DNA of 64,000 nt from Pyrinomonadaceae bacterium (GTDB lineage Bacteria; Acidobacteriota; Blastocatellia; Pyrinomonadales; Pyrinomonadaceae). Shown here piece after piece: positions 46,985 to 57,312 of this stretch. The position numbers and the translations under genes were made by a program. The stretch lies in assembly GCA_046313635.1 (NCBI GenBank), contig JBKBYA010000003.1:1-64000 (forward strand). Direction: 5' to 3'. Position 1 is the first letter of the stretch; each line of letters starts with the position of its first letter. The notes under the pieces are model-generated. The model was not told where the DNA came from, ran no database searches, and worked only from the letters and a program-made list of their open reading frames with translations.

Positions 46985-49102
46985 ATGAGATCTTTACTCT
47001 TGCAGTTCAAGGGTATGTCCGCGGCGAGTCTCGCGGTCATCGTCTGCGTCATCGGGGCCGCGGGTCAGAGCGACCGGGCCAAACAAGACCTCGGGCGGTC
47101 ATTCCGAAAGTTTGACCTCGTAAGGATCAGCGAACCTGCCCGCAGGGCGAGCGCTCGAGGCGAGACACGGCTTCAGATCAGTGCACGCGGCCGGCGGATG
47201 GACGTCGATCTCGTGCCGAACGATCTGAGGTCTTACCGGTACAAGACCGAGGATTCGACAGCTCCGGGAGTGCGCGTCGGGCGGCAGGGCGGCGAAGTGA
47301 CGACCTTTAAGGGAATGGTCGATGGCGACGAGTCGTCGATCGTTCGCCTGTCGATCGACGGGCCCAAGATCGAGGGCTACCTCGTGTCTGGCGGCGAAAA
47401 GCTCTTTGTCGAGCAGGCGCGCAAGTACACAAACCAGGCCGACGAGTCGGACTATGTCGTCTATCGCGAAGAAGATTCGCTCGTGGACAACACCTTCTCA
47501 TGCGACGCCGACGCAGCCGGCAGGCTCGAGGCCGGGTTGTCAGGCATCACGGCACAGGCCGCGACCCTGGCTCCGGCGGCGCGGATCCTGGAGATCGCGA
47601 CCGAGGCCGACTACGAATGGGTGACCACGCTCGGCGGAGCGTCGCAGGCCAACAGCGACATTCTCAGCATCCTGAATATGGCCGACGGCGTTTACCAGAG
47701 CGAGCTCGGCATCGCGCTCAGCGTCGTTTTCCAGCACACGTGGTCGACACCGGACGGCTTTGACCCGACGTCGATGAGCACGATCCTGTCGAGCTTTGGC
47801 AGCTATTGGAACGCCAACATCAGCTCGACGAGCGTCCCGCGCGACGCGGCACATCTGTTTAGCGGCAAGTCGTCGGCGCGTTCGGCCGGACTGGCCTGGG
47901 TCGGGGTGATCTGCCGTTCGCCGCTCAACTCATACGGACTTAGCGGATATGTCGGGTGGGCTCCCGGGAAATATATGATCCCGGCACACGAGATCGGACA
48001 TAACTTGAACGCGAATCACGTCGACGCGACCCAGAGCTGCGCCAGCACGATCATGAACGCGTCGCTCTCGAATACGACCGCCTTTACTTTTTGCACGTTC
48101 TCGCGGACCGAGATCGCAAACTTTGTCACGGCGAACGGCACATGTCTGCCCAACGGCAATCCGACCCCGACGCCGACGCCCGTGATCACTCCGACGCCGA
48201 CGCCCGTGATCACTCCGACACCCACACCGGTGATCACTCCGACGCCGACGCCGTGGCCGCCGTCGAGCGGCGTGCGTGCGGTCGGCGATTTTGACGGCGA
48301 CTCGCGCTCGGACATCGCGGTCTGGCGGCCGGGAACGGGCGTATGGTACCTCAGCCGCAGCACGAGCGGGATCGCGTCGTTTCAGTTTGGCCAGGCGGGC
48401 GATACGGCCGTTCCGGCGGATTACGACGGCGACGGCCGAACCGACGCGGCGGTGTATCGCGGCGGGACGTGGCACCGTCTGATGAGCTCGACCGGAACGT
48501 ACAGCGCCGCTCAGTTTGGCGTCGCGACCGACACCGCCGTGCCGGCAGACCGCGACGGCGACGGCCGGGCCGACCTTGTCGTCTTCAGGCCTACAAACGG
48601 TGTCTGGTACACGCTCTACAGCTCGAGCGGCGGCGTCGACTCGCGGCAGTGGGGCGTCGCGGGCGACGTTCCGGTGCCGGCCGATTACGACGGTGACGGA
48701 CGGGCGGACCTTAACGTTTTCAGGCCGTCGAACGGTACGTGGTACCGCGTCGACAGCTCGACCGGGGCCGAGCGCGGTGCTCAGTTTGGAATGCTGGGCG
48801 ACAAGCCTGTGGTCGGTGACTTTGACGGCGACCGTCGGACCGATATCGCCGTGTGGCGGCCCGCCGGCGGCGCCTGGTACGTACTGCAGAGCGCGTCGGG
48901 GAGCCTTTTTGCCGCGACGTTTGGCCTGTCGAGCGACATCCCGACGGTCGGCGACTACGACGGCGACGGACGGGCGGACGTCTCGGTCTTCAGGCCCGTG
49001 AGCGGCGTCTGGTACCGACTCAACAGCAGCACCGGCGGATTTGCCGCACAGCAATTCGGGCTGTCAGGCGACATGCCGGTCGAGGGAGCATACGTCCGCT
49101 AG
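46985..49102 (+). CDS. Secreted reprolysin/M12B-like metallopeptidase + PT linker + FG-GAP repeats
   Basis: Signal peptide; AGLAWVGVIC, HEIGHNLNANH, TIM Met-turn; repeated D[F/Y]DGDGR.D..V[F/W]RP. Confidence 0.9.
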   Translation: MRSLLLQFKGMSAASLAVIVCVIGAAGQSDRAKQDLGRSFRKFDLVRISEPARRASARGETRLQISARGRRMDVDLVPNDLRSYRYKTEDSTAPGVRVGRQGGEVTTFKGMVDGDESSIVRLSIDGPKIEGYLVSGGEKLFVEQARKYTNQADESDYVVYREEDSLVDNTFSCDADAAGRLEAGLSGITAQAATLAPAARILEIATEADYEWVTTLGGASQANSDILSILNMADGVYQSELGIALSVVFQHTWSTPDGFDPTSMSTILSSFGSYWNANISSTSVPRDAAHLFSGKSSARSAGLAWVGVICRSPLNSYGLSGYVGWAPGKYMIPAHEIGHNLNANHVDATQSCASTIMNASLSNTTAFTFCTFSRTEIANFVTANGTCLPNGNPTPTPTPVITPTPTPVITPTPTPVITPTPTPWPPSSGVRAVGDFDGDSRSDIAVWRPGTGVWYLSRSTSGIASFQFGQAGDTAVPADYDGDGRTDAAVYRGGTWHRLMSSTGTYSAAQFGVATDTAVPADRDGDGRADLVVFRPTNGVWYTLYSSSGGVDSRQWGVAGDVPVPADYDGDGRADLNVFRPSNGTWYRVDSSTGAERGAQFGMLGDKPVVGDFDGDRRTDIAVWRPAGGAWYVLQSASGSLFAATFGLSSDIPTVGDYDGDGRADVSVFRPVSGVWYRLNSSTGGFAAQQFGLSGDMPVEGAYVR
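48167..48253 (+). repeat. 24-bp coding tandem repeat (PTPTPVIT x3.6)
   Basis: CCGACGCCGACGCCCGTGATCACT units at 48167, 48191, 48215 (variant) and partial at 48239. Confidence 0.9.
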
Positions 49103-49124
49103 GCGAACAGGCGGACAAGTCAAA

Positions 49125-49154
49125 AAAGGGGCTGACCGAGGAGGCAGCCCCTTT
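49125..49154 (+). terminator. Terminator-like hairpin
   Basis: AAAGGGGCTG ... CAGCCCCTTT. Confidence 0.7.
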
Positions 49155-49306
49155 GTCATTTGGTCGGTCGATCGCGCGTTCACTCGCCGCCACCCGCACG
49201 GAGGCGCAGCCATGCCGCAAGAAGCTGATCGCTGGACGGAGCAGACCACCGGCACAGCACTGCGGAATGCCGCACGATCTCACCCGCGGCGCAGCTTACG
49301 GAAATG

Positions 49307-49336
49307 CAAAAGAGGCTGCCTTTGCGGGGCAGCCTC
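49307..49336 (-). terminator. Terminator of the M4 peptidase gene
   Basis: GAGGCTGCC/GGCAGCCTC stem followed by TTTT on the minus strand. Confidence 0.7.
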
Positions 49337-49359
49337 CTTCATTTTCGGCTGAGCTTTAT

Positions 49360-51441
49360 TTACTTCAGCGAAACGTCGTCAACGCGGAAGGTGGTCGTCA
49401 CCGACGCGTCCGTCGTCGAGCGGAATTGCACTCTGACGGTCTGGCCGCGGTACGCCGAGAGATTTAGCGAGATCTGCGAATAGGCTCCCGCCGCTCCCTT
49501 ATTGAGGTTGCTGTACGTCGCGAGCGTCGTCAGCAGATTGCCCGCCGTGTCGCGCACCTCGACAAAGAGCTTGTCGTACTGCGTGGTCGTCGTCGTTTCA
49601 CTCGACGTCACATTCAGCCAGAAGGTCAGCGTCCCGGTCGCGGTCGAAGGGATCGAGACCTGCTGGTACGCCTGCCCGGTGACGCTGTTGTTCACGCCGA
49701 AGTAGATATAGCCGGTCCCGCCGTGCGGATAGTTGCCGGCCGAGGTGTAAAAGTAACCCGTGCCGGAGCCGACCCAGGGGCTCGCGCTGCCCTCAAAGCC
49801 GCCGTTGACGATCAGCTCGCTGCCGCCCGGCGTCGGTGTCGGGCTCGGGCCGCCGCTCGGGCATGAGCCGACGCCTACCGCACACCACCCGGTCGCGACC
49901 GAGTTGTACTGCGAGCTCGATGCGCCAAAAAGGTCTGTCGCCGCATTCAGCGTCGCCGTCCTGGCTCCGGAGAAGGTCGTTCCGGACGTCATATAGACCG
50001 TCAGCGCGCGGTACCAGATCTTGGCCGCGTTGTCGGGGCCGATCGCCGGGACCGCCACGCCGCTGACGCGGTTGGTGCCGCCGGCCGCGATCAGATAGAA
50101 CGCATGATTCGCGATGCTCGAATTAGTATGCACGCCGCCGTTGTCCGCGGTGCCGGTGTAGCGGAGGCTGTAGTGATCGGGGTCGCCGACCGCATTCGGA
50201 TTATCCATCAGACGAAGCGCGTCGCCGGGCGTGCCGGGCGTGTATGCGTCCTCGCCGATCTTCCAGGTGTTTGAGTTGGTCGCACCGCGAGCATAACGCT
50301 CGACCATCGCGCCGAAAACGTCCGACATCGATTCGTTCAGAGCGCCCGACTCGTTCGAGTAGGTGAGGTTCGCCGTGCGTTCGGTGACGCCGTGGGTCAT
50401 CTCGTGGCCGCAGATGTCGATCGTGACGAGCGGCGTAAAGGTCGTGCCGTCGCCGTCGCCGTAGGTCATATATTGGCCGTTCCAAAAGGCGTTGTTGTAG
50501 CTGGTGCTGTAATGCACCTTTGAGCTGATGAGCCCGACGCCGCCGACCGCCGACGTGTAATAGGCCGGCCCGCCCGAGCCGTCGATGCCGTTGCGGCCGT
50601 GGACGTTTTGAAAATAGTCCATCGTCTTTTCGGCGCCGTACTGGGCGTCGACGCCGGCGCGCTGCGCCGATGCGTCCCAGACGTCGTTCGTATCCGTGAA
50701 GCGATACGTGCTCGCGGTCGTGTTGCGATTGTCGAATGTGCCGACCTTGCGGGTCGTATTCTCCATGTAATAGGTCGAGCCCGAGACGCTCGTGCCGATG
50801 GTGACGGTGCCGCTGTAGAGCGACGGGCCGCTGCCGGTCTGGAGGTTGTCGTACTCAAAGACCTTTTCGCCCGTGTGTGCATCGACAAAGATGACCGGCA
50901 TGGCCGTGTCCTTGGTGTTGTCCTCGCGACGCATCTGAACGCGGTAGGCGAGGTGATCGCGGTCTTCGCCGCGATATATCCAAAGGTCGGCCGTCGGCTT
51001 TTCGGTCAAATGCTCCGAGCCCTTGTACATATCCATCGCAAGCCGCACCGCGTCTTCGGCGGAGAAGTTCGGCGACGTGTTGACCGCGACGTTCTCCTTG
51101 ATGTCGTCGGTCACCTCACGCAGCGAGCCGTCATTCTTGAGATGGACGATCGCCTCGCCCTGCCAAACCGGCACGCCGCCGGCCGTCTGCTGAAATCTCG
51201 TATGCGCCATTCCGCGCTCATCGACGTCCGTACTCTTGACCTTGTATTCGGTCGGGTCGCCGATCGGGCGGAGGCTGGCCCGCTGTCGCAGCACGTCGAG
51301 ACTGAGGCGACGTGCCGTTTCCTTCTCGTCCGGCGAGCCCTTGCCAAATACCGTACGCTGCGCGTTAGAGCCGCTCGTAAACAGGCCAAATGCCACAAGG
51401 GCGAGGCCCAAAATTCCGATGAAAGTTAAGATCTTTTTCAC
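49360..51441 (-). CDS. M4 (thermolysin/bacillolysin-like) metalloprotease with propeptide and C-terminal beta domain
   Basis: Probable GTG at 51441 with signal peptide; NNAFWNG, HEMTH, GALNESMSD, DNGGVHTNS. Confidence 0.95.
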   Translation of the reverse strand: MKKILTFIGILGLALVAFGLFTSGSNAQRTVFGKGSPDEKETARRLSLDVLRQRASLRPIGDPTEYKVKSTDVDERGMAHTRFQQTAGGVPVWQGEAIVHLKNDGSLREVTDDIKENVAVNTSPNFSAEDAVRLAMDMYKGSEHLTEKPTADLWIYRGEDRDHLAYRVQMRREDNTKDTAMPVIFVDAHTGEKVFEYDNLQTGSGPSLYSGTVTIGTSVSGSTYYMENTTRKVGTFDNRNTTASTYRFTDTNDVWDASAQRAGVDAQYGAEKTMDYFQNVHGRNGIDGSGGPAYYTSAVGGVGLISSKVHYSTSYNNAFWNGQYMTYGDGDGTTFTPLVTIDICGHEMTHGVTERTANLTYSNESGALNESMSDVFGAMVERYARGATNSNTWKIGEDAYTPGTPGDALRLMDNPNAVGDPDHYSLRYTGTADNGGVHTNSSIANHAFYLIAAGGTNRVSGVAVPAIGPDNAAKIWYRALTVYMTSGTTFSGARTATLNAATDLFGASSSQYNSVATGWCAVGVGSCPSGGPSPTPTPGGSELIVNGGFEGSASPWVGSGTGYFYTSAGNYPHGGTGYIYFGVNNSVTGQAYQQVSIPSTATGTLTFWLNVTSSETTTTTQYDKLFVEVRDTAGNLLTTLATYSNLNKGAAGAYSQISLNLSAYRGQTVRVQFRSTTDASVTTTFRVDDVSLK

Positions 51442-51628
51442 TCGTGTTTCGCTCCGGGATGTTTTTTTGATTTGCCGCAAATAATGAGGCCGCAAAAATA
51501 TGGATCGAAATAAACCCCGAGTCCGAGGAGTGAAGTGGGCTAATTTAGAGACAAACCCTGCCGACCCAGGAGATGGCCGGAACGACTTAGGCTAAAATTC
51601 GGGGGGCAATCGAACAAACGATTGGACG

Positions 51629-51657
51629 ATTCTAGGAGCGCGGTTTCGCTGTGTCAA
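51629..51657 (-). promoter_or_regulatory. Near-consensus sigma-70 promoter for the M4 protease
   Basis: Minus strand TTGACA-N17-TAGAAT. Confidence 0.75.
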
Positions 51658-52091
51658 GCCGAAGGTCAAGTTTTTCTATACCAGATATAAAAAAAGTTGA
51701 TGAGCTGCTTCCGGGGCAGACGATCACGTGGGCGGAGGTCGCGAGGATCCATCCGATCCGCAACGGGATCCATCACCGGGGCGGGCGTCTCGTCTCGCTT
51801 TTGACAGACTTTGGCCGGATCAATCCGTGCTATCCGGATCGCGGCGCCGACGATCGAACGACCATCGTCTACACCGGCTCGGGCCGCCGCGGCGACCAGA
51901 GGCTCGACGCAGCCAATCGGGCGCTGCTCGACGCCGTCGAGACGGGACACAGCGTTCCGCTCTTTAACAAGCTCGCCGTCGGACGTTGGGAATACGTCGG
52001 CCGCTACCGCGTCGCGCACGGCGAGTATGTTTTCGACGACACGCGCGAACGAATGGTTTGGCGCTTCACGCTGCACCGGGCCGAGAGCTGA
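51651..52091 (+). CDS. Stand-alone SRA/YDG-like (PUA-fold) domain protein
   Basis: YPD...IVYTGSG..GDQ.L...NRAL...VPLF...WEYVGRYRV...VWRFTL pattern; AGGAG upstream. Confidence 0.7.
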   Translation: MSSRRSSFSIPDIKKVDELLPGQTITWAEVARIHPIRNGIHHRGGRLVSLLTDFGRINPCYPDRGADDRTTIVYTGSGRRGDQRLDAANRALLDAVETGHSVPLFNKLAVGRWEYVGRYRVAHGEYVFDDTRERMVWRFTLHRAES

Positions 52092-52179
52092 GATCGGCTT
52101 GTTATCGTGCGGCTGCTGATACACAATACGGCCGTTCTTTATTCCGACAATTCAGATCTAACCGGAGGCCCGCGTACGT

Positions 52180-54171
52180 ATGACGAAACTTTTTCGAAGC
52201 CTTGTGCTTCTCATTCTCCTTTCGACAGCGGCCCTTGCTCAAAATGTCTGGACGCCTGAGCTGCAGATCAGGACGCGCGCCGTCGGCAGCCCGGCGGTCT
52301 CGCCTGACGGCAAGCGGGTCGCGTACACGATCAGCGATCCGGTGATGACGGCCGACCGCAGCGAGTATGTCACGCAGATCTGGATCGCGAGCTCCGACGG
52401 TAAAGAGAATTACCAGGTCACATTCGGCGACAAGTCGTCGACCAACCCAAGATGGTCGCCCGACGGCACGGCCATCGCCTTCACCTCTAATCGCAAGGAC
52501 AACCGCAACAATCTCTACCTGCTCCGCCTGCGCGGCGGCGAGGCCGAGCCGCTGACCGACCTCAAAGGCTCTTCGGTCGCTGATTTCGATTGGTCGCCCG
52601 ACGGCAAGTGGATCGCGTACACGATGACCGACGCCAAGACCGATGACGAGGAAAAGGCCGACAAGGCTCGCAACGACTTTCGCTGGGTCGACGAGAACGT
52701 AAAGATGGCACGCCTCTACGTGCTGCCGGTCGAAAACGACGCGAGCGGCAAACGCGAGCCGCGCAGGCTCGGCATCGACGGCCGGCATATCAGCGCGTTC
52801 GACTGGTCGCCCGATGGCTCGACGATCGCCGTAAGTCACGTCGCCTCGCCGGTCGCGAATTACTGGCCGACGGCAGACGTCTCGCTGATCGACGTCGCCA
52901 GCGGCCGCGCCGCACCGCTTGCCGCCAGCGAGGCGGCCGAGAACGATCCGATCTATTCGCCCGACGGCCGGTGGATACTCCTGAGTGTCAGCGACGTGCC
53001 GGCCCGCTGGGCGCGGGCCAGCCGGCTCGCCCTCTATCCATCGAAGCCGACCACGGCGGCGGCGCCGAAGCAGCTCGCTGTTACTTTCGATTCGCAGCCG
53101 AATGTCGTCGGCTTTTCAGCTGACGGCAGGTGGATCTACTTTACCGAGGCCAAGGGAACGAATACCGCTCTGTACGCTCTGGACGTCGATACCGACACGA
53201 TCGCCGAAGCGATACCGACCCACGGCGTGATCAGCGCGCTTGCGATGCAGAAGGGCGGCGGCGTATTTGCCGGCGTCCTTCAGCGGGCCGACATGCCGCC
53301 GGAACTCTATGCGGCAAGGCTCGCCGACAGGGCCCCGACAAAGTTGTCCAATGCAAACTCCGACGCTGCAAGGATGGCGGTCGGCAAGACCGAGGTCGTC
53401 AAGTGGAAGAGCAAGGACGGCCGCGAGATCGAGGGATTGCTGACATATCCGGTCGGCTACGTCGCGGGTAAAAAAGTGCCGCTCATTCTCAACATCCACG
53501 GCGGGCCGGCGGGCGTTTTTAATCAGACGTTCATCGGCGGCCGCGGCGTTTATCCGCTTGCGACCTTTTCGCAAAAGGGCTACGCGATACTGCGGCCCAA
53601 CCCGCGCGGGTCAAGCGGCTACGGCGTCGAATTTCGCCGTGCAAATATCAAAGACTGGGGCGGGATGGATTATCAGGACCTGATGACCGGCGTCGATCAC
53701 GTTATCGCGATGGGCGTCGCCGACCCGGAACGCCTTGGCGTGATGGGCTGGAGCTACGGCGGCTATATGACGTCGTGGATCATCACGCAGACCAAGCGGT
53801 TCAAGGCCGCGTCGGCCGGTGCTCCGGTGACAAACCTAATGAGCTTTAACGGCACGGCGGACATTCCGTCATTCGTGCCTGACTACTTCGGCGGGCAGTC
53901 GTGGGAGGTGCCGGAGGTCTATGCAAAGCACTCGGCGATGTTCAATATCAAAGGCGTATATACGCCGACGCTGATCATCCACGGCGACGCCGACATACGC
54001 GTCCCGATCTCGCAGGGCTACGAGTTGTACAACGCCCTCAAGGCGCAGAACGTGCCGACCAGAATGCTCGTCCTCCCGCGACAGCCGCACGGCCCCACCG
54101 AGCCGCGAATGCAGCTCGCCGCGATGCAGGCAAATTTGGATTGGTTTGAGAAGTATCTCGGAGGGAAGTAA
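52180..54171 (+). CDS. Secreted S9 peptidase (acylaminoacyl/dipeptidyl peptidase-like)
   Basis: WSPDG propeller repeats, HGGP, GWSYGG, D.RV, HG. Confidence 0.95.
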   Translation: MTKLFRSLVLLILLSTAALAQNVWTPELQIRTRAVGSPAVSPDGKRVAYTISDPVMTADRSEYVTQIWIASSDGKENYQVTFGDKSSTNPRWSPDGTAIAFTSNRKDNRNNLYLLRLRGGEAEPLTDLKGSSVADFDWSPDGKWIAYTMTDAKTDDEEKADKARNDFRWVDENVKMARLYVLPVENDASGKREPRRLGIDGRHISAFDWSPDGSTIAVSHVASPVANYWPTADVSLIDVASGRAAPLAASEAAENDPIYSPDGRWILLSVSDVPARWARASRLALYPSKPTTAAAPKQLAVTFDSQPNVVGFSADGRWIYFTEAKGTNTALYALDVDTDTIAEAIPTHGVISALAMQKGGGVFAGVLQRADMPPELYAARLADRAPTKLSNANSDAARMAVGKTEVVKWKSKDGREIEGLLTYPVGYVAGKKVPLILNIHGGPAGVFNQTFIGGRGVYPLATFSQKGYAILRPNPRGSSGYGVEFRRANIKDWGGMDYQDLMTGVDHVIAMGVADPERLGVMGWSYGGYMTSWIITQTKRFKAASAGAPVTNLMSFNGTADIPSFVPDYFGGQSWEVPEVYAKHSAMFNIKGVYTPTLIIHGDADIRVPISQGYELYNALKAQNVPTRMLVLPRQPHGPTEPRMQLAAMQANLDWFEKYLGGK

Positions 54172-54175
54172 CTAA

Positions 54176-55018
54176 CTAACTCTTCTTTCCCAATTCGACA
54201 GCACGACGGTACGCTGCATACACGGCTTTTGAAAGCACGGTGCGCAGCGTGCCTTTTTCCATTTGGTAGATGGCCTCGGCCGAGGTGCCGCCGGGCGAGG
54301 TGACCATATTGCGGAGCTCGGCCGGGTGCTTGTGCGACTCCATCGCGAATTTGACCGAGCCGAGCATCGTCTCCTGAACGAGCTCGCGGGCGACGTCGCG
54401 CGAAAAGCCGAGGTGCACGCCGGCGTCGGTGAGCGCCTCCATCACCATAAAAATGTAGGTTGGCCCGGTCGCGCTCAAGGATGTCGCCATGTCGATCATA
54501 TTCTCGGTCTCGACAAAGAGCTCTTTGCCGAGAGCGCTCAAAAAGTGCCGTACCTGCGAGCGTTCGTTCTCTGAGACCGCTTCGCCGCAGGTCCACGCCG
54601 TGATCCCGGCGCCGATCTGCGACGGCGTGTTCGGCATCGCGCGGACGACGTGCTCGGTGCCGAGCTCTCGCGAGATCGTCTCGATCGTCGCGCCGGCGAC
54701 GATCGAGATGACGAGGCCGTCGTGGGCGACCGCGCCCTTCAGATCGCGAAGCACGCGGCCGAGACGCTGAGGCTTGACGCTGAGAACGACGGCCGAATTC
54801 TCCGTGTCGCGAACGCTCTCTGCCGCATCGGCGTTCGACTCGAACATTCGAATGCCGTACTTCGTCTCAAGCTCATCCCGCCTCGCCTCGCGCGGGTGGC
54901 TGCCCGCGATCTGTTCCGCGGCCACGAGTTCCTGCTGCAGCAAGCCGGCGATCATCGACTCGGCCATCACGCCGCAGCCGATGAATGCGATCGAGGCTCT
55001 TTTAATTTCTTGTTTCAT
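54176..55018 (-). CDS. proC: Pyrroline-5-carboxylate reductase
   Basis: IGCGVM, SVKPQ, RAMPNTP, VTSPGGT. Confidence 0.96.
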   Translation of the reverse strand: MKQEIKRASIAFIGCGVMAESMIAGLLQQELVAAEQIAGSHPREARRDELETKYGIRMFESNADAAESVRDTENSAVVLSVKPQRLGRVLRDLKGAVAHDGLVISIVAGATIETISRELGTEHVVRAMPNTPSQIGAGITAWTCGEAVSENERSQVRHFLSALGKELFVETENMIDMATSLSATGPTYIFMVMEALTDAGVHLGFSRDVARELVQETMLGSVKFAMESHKHPAELRNMVTSPGGTSAEAIYQMEKGTLRTVLSKAVYAAYRRAVELGKKS

Positions 55019-55032
55019 TGGTCTACCGCTGT

Positions 55033-55100
55033 CTTTGCGATCTCTGCGGGCTTTGCGTGAAACCGATCTGTCTCACGCAGAGCTCGCAAAGGCCGCAAAG
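55033..55100. repeat. Inverted repeat of 9-nt tandem units (CT[T/C]TGCGNN)n between divergent proC and tyrS
   Basis: 31-nt arms CTTTGCGATCTCTGCGGGCTTTGCGTGAAAC and GTCTCACGCAGAGCTCGCAAAGGCCGCAAAG. Confidence 0.88.
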
Positions 55101-55189
55101 GAAATTCGATCGAGCGTCGCGGGCGAACCCTTTTGTTATCCGTCGGTGGCTCGTGCAAAATACGTGTTTACGTTAGAGATTTAATCACC

Positions 55190-56398
55190 ATGACGATCGA
55201 CGAACAACTCGACGTTCTCCGAAAAGGCACCGTCGACCTCATTCGCGAAGAAGACCTCAAGGCCAAGCTCGACCGCTCGCAAAAGACCGGCAAGCCGCTG
55301 CGCGTGAAGCTCGGCCTCGACCCGACCGCGCCCGACATCCACCTCGGCCACACGGTCGTCATCCGCAAGCTCAAAGCGTTTCAGGACCTCGGCCACACGG
55401 TGATCTTTTTGATCGGCGATTTTACGGGCCAGATCGGCGACCCGACCGGGAAGTCTGCGACGCGGCCGCCGCTCAGCCGTGACGAGATCAACGCAAACGC
55501 CGAGACTTACAAGCAGCAGATGTTCAAGCTGCTCGATCCGGAGAAGACAGAGCTGAGATTCAACGGCGAGTGGATGGACAGATTCACCGCGGCCGACTTC
55601 GTCAAGCTCGCCGCGAAGACGACCGTTCGACAGATACTCGAGCGCGACGACTTTGAAAAACGTATGGCCGAGGAGAAGCCGATCTCGCTGCACGAGCTGC
55701 TTTACCCGCTCGTGCAGGGCTACGACTCGGTCGCGCTCGAGGCCGACGTCGAGCTTGGCGGGACGGACCAAAAATTTAACCTGCTGATGGGCCGCAGCCT
55801 GCAGCGCGAGTTTGGCCAGGAGCCGCAGGTCATCTTGACGACGCCTTTGCTCGAGGGGCTCGACGGCGTGCAGAAGATGTCTAAAAGTCTCGGCAATTAC
55901 ATCGGCATCGAGGAGCCCGCGGCGGAGATGTTCGGCAAGATAATGTCGATCTCCGACGAGCTGATGTGGCGGTACTACGAGCTGCTGACCGACGTGTCGG
56001 TCGACGAGATCGACGCGCGTCGATCGCGCTGCGAGTCGGGCGCCGAAAATCCGCGCGACGCAAAGGTCGAGCTCGCCAAACGCATCATCGCTGACTTTCA
56101 TTCCGCGGCCGACGCCGATGCGGCGGAAGAGGAATTTCGCCGCCGCTTTGTCGATAAGCAGGCGCCCGAAGAGATCGAAGAAAAACAGATCGACGCCGGC
56201 AGCTACAAGCTCGCCGAGCTGCTCGCGTCGGTCGGGCTGGCCGCGTCAAAAGGCGAGGCCAGACGGCTGATCGAGCAGGGCGGCGTGCGCGTCAACGGCG
56301 AAAAGGCCTCGAATTCGGCGGCCGACGTGACCGTCGCGGCCGAGCCGATCGTGTTTCAGGTCGGCAAACGCAGATTCCTCAAGGTGGCGGGCAAGTAG
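55190..56398 (+). CDS. tyrS: Tyrosine--tRNA ligase
   Basis: [32 protein letters not shown]-terminal S4 domain. Confidence 0.98.
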   Translation: MTIDEQLDVLRKGTVDLIREEDLKAKLDRSQKTGKPLRVKLGLDPTAPDIHLGHTVVIRKLKAFQDLGHTVIFLIGDFTGQIGDPTGKSATRPPLSRDEINANAETYKQQMFKLLDPEKTELRFNGEWMDRFTAADFVKLAAKTTVRQILERDDFEKRMAEEKPISLHELLYPLVQGYDSVALEADVELGGTDQKFNLLMGRSLQREFGQEPQVILTTPLLEGLDGVQKMSKSLGNYIGIEEPAAEMFGKIMSISDELMWRYYELLTDVSVDEIDARRSRCESGAENPRDAKVELAKRIIADFHSAADADAAEEEFRRRFVDKQAPEEIEEKQIDAGSYKLAELLASVGLAASKGEARRLIEQGGVRVNGEKASNSAADVTVAAEPIVFQVGKRRFLKVAGK

Positions 56399-56447
56399 CA
56401 CGGCCATTCGCAATTTGGGCCGCGTTTGAATAATCTGGTTGATACCG

Positions 56448-57311
56448 ATGGGACCGCTCAGACAACGAAGGGCAAAGATCACCGATCGGCTCCGGCCGTA
56501 CGTCGAGGCCGAGCGTCCGCTGAGGACGCTTGCCGAGAACGTCTCGAAGCTTGCGCGGCACGCCATCGCCGAGGCAAGTACGCTCTCGCTCGAGAGTGTC
56601 GAGATCCGGCTCGCGCGCCTCCCCAAGCGGCTCGACGGGCTGCGGATCATTCACCTGTCGGACATTCATCACAGCCCTTTTACGCCGCTCGAGCACATCG
56701 AGCGGGCAGTTCGCGTGGCCAACCGGCTCAAGCCGGACGTTTTTGTTTTGACGGGCGATTACGTTTCGCACGAGCCTGAGTACATCGCGCCCGTCGCACG
56801 CGTGCTCGGCGGGCTGAGGTCGCCGCTCGGCACCTTTGCGTGTCTCGGCAATCACGATCACTGGACCGACGCGCAGATCGTGACCGACGAATTCAGAAGC
56901 GCCGGCATCAACGTACTTATCAACGAGGGCCTGCGTATCGAGGCCGCACCGGGCGCGGGCTTTTGGCTGGCCGGTGTGGACGACTACATGGTCGGCAAGA
57001 CCGATCTCGCGTCGGCGCTCAAAGGCTCGTATCCCGACGAGATGAAGCTCTTGCTCGCGCACAACCCGATCATCTTTCGCCAGGCGGTACGCCGCGGCGT
57101 CGACCTTATGCTGAGCGGTCATACGCACGGCGGGCAGGTCAAGCTGCGCGACGCGTCTCGCAAGCTGCTGCCGCGGCGACGCCTCACGGCAGGCCTGCAC
57201 GAGCGTAAGGGCTCGCAGATCTACATTACCCGCGGCATCGGTACCGTCGTGCTGCCGGTGCGCTATCAATGTCCGCCCGAGATCTCGCTGCTTCAGCTTT
57301 GCGTTCCGTAG
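56448..57311 (+). CDS. Metallophosphoesterase (YkuE-like)
   Basis: SDIH, TGDY, GNHD, AHNP, SGHTHGGQ. Confidence 0.92.
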   Translation: MGPLRQRRAKITDRLRPYVEAERPLRTLAENVSKLARHAIAEASTLSLESVEIRLARLPKRLDGLRIIHLSDIHHSPFTPLEHIERAVRVANRLKPDVFVLTGDYVSHEPEYIAPVARVLGGLRSPLGTFACLGNHDHWTDAQIVTDEFRSAGINVLINEGLRIEAAPGAGFWLAGVDDYMVGKTDLASALKGSYPDEMKLLLAHNPIIFRQAVRRGVDLMLSGHTHGGQVKLRDASRKLLPRRRLTAGLHERKGSQIYITRGIGTVVLPVRYQCPPEISLLQLCVP

Positions 57312-57312
57312 A

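Noticed and set aside
55100..55190. T-box leader for tyrS
   Set aside because: Region too short and no T-box consensus.
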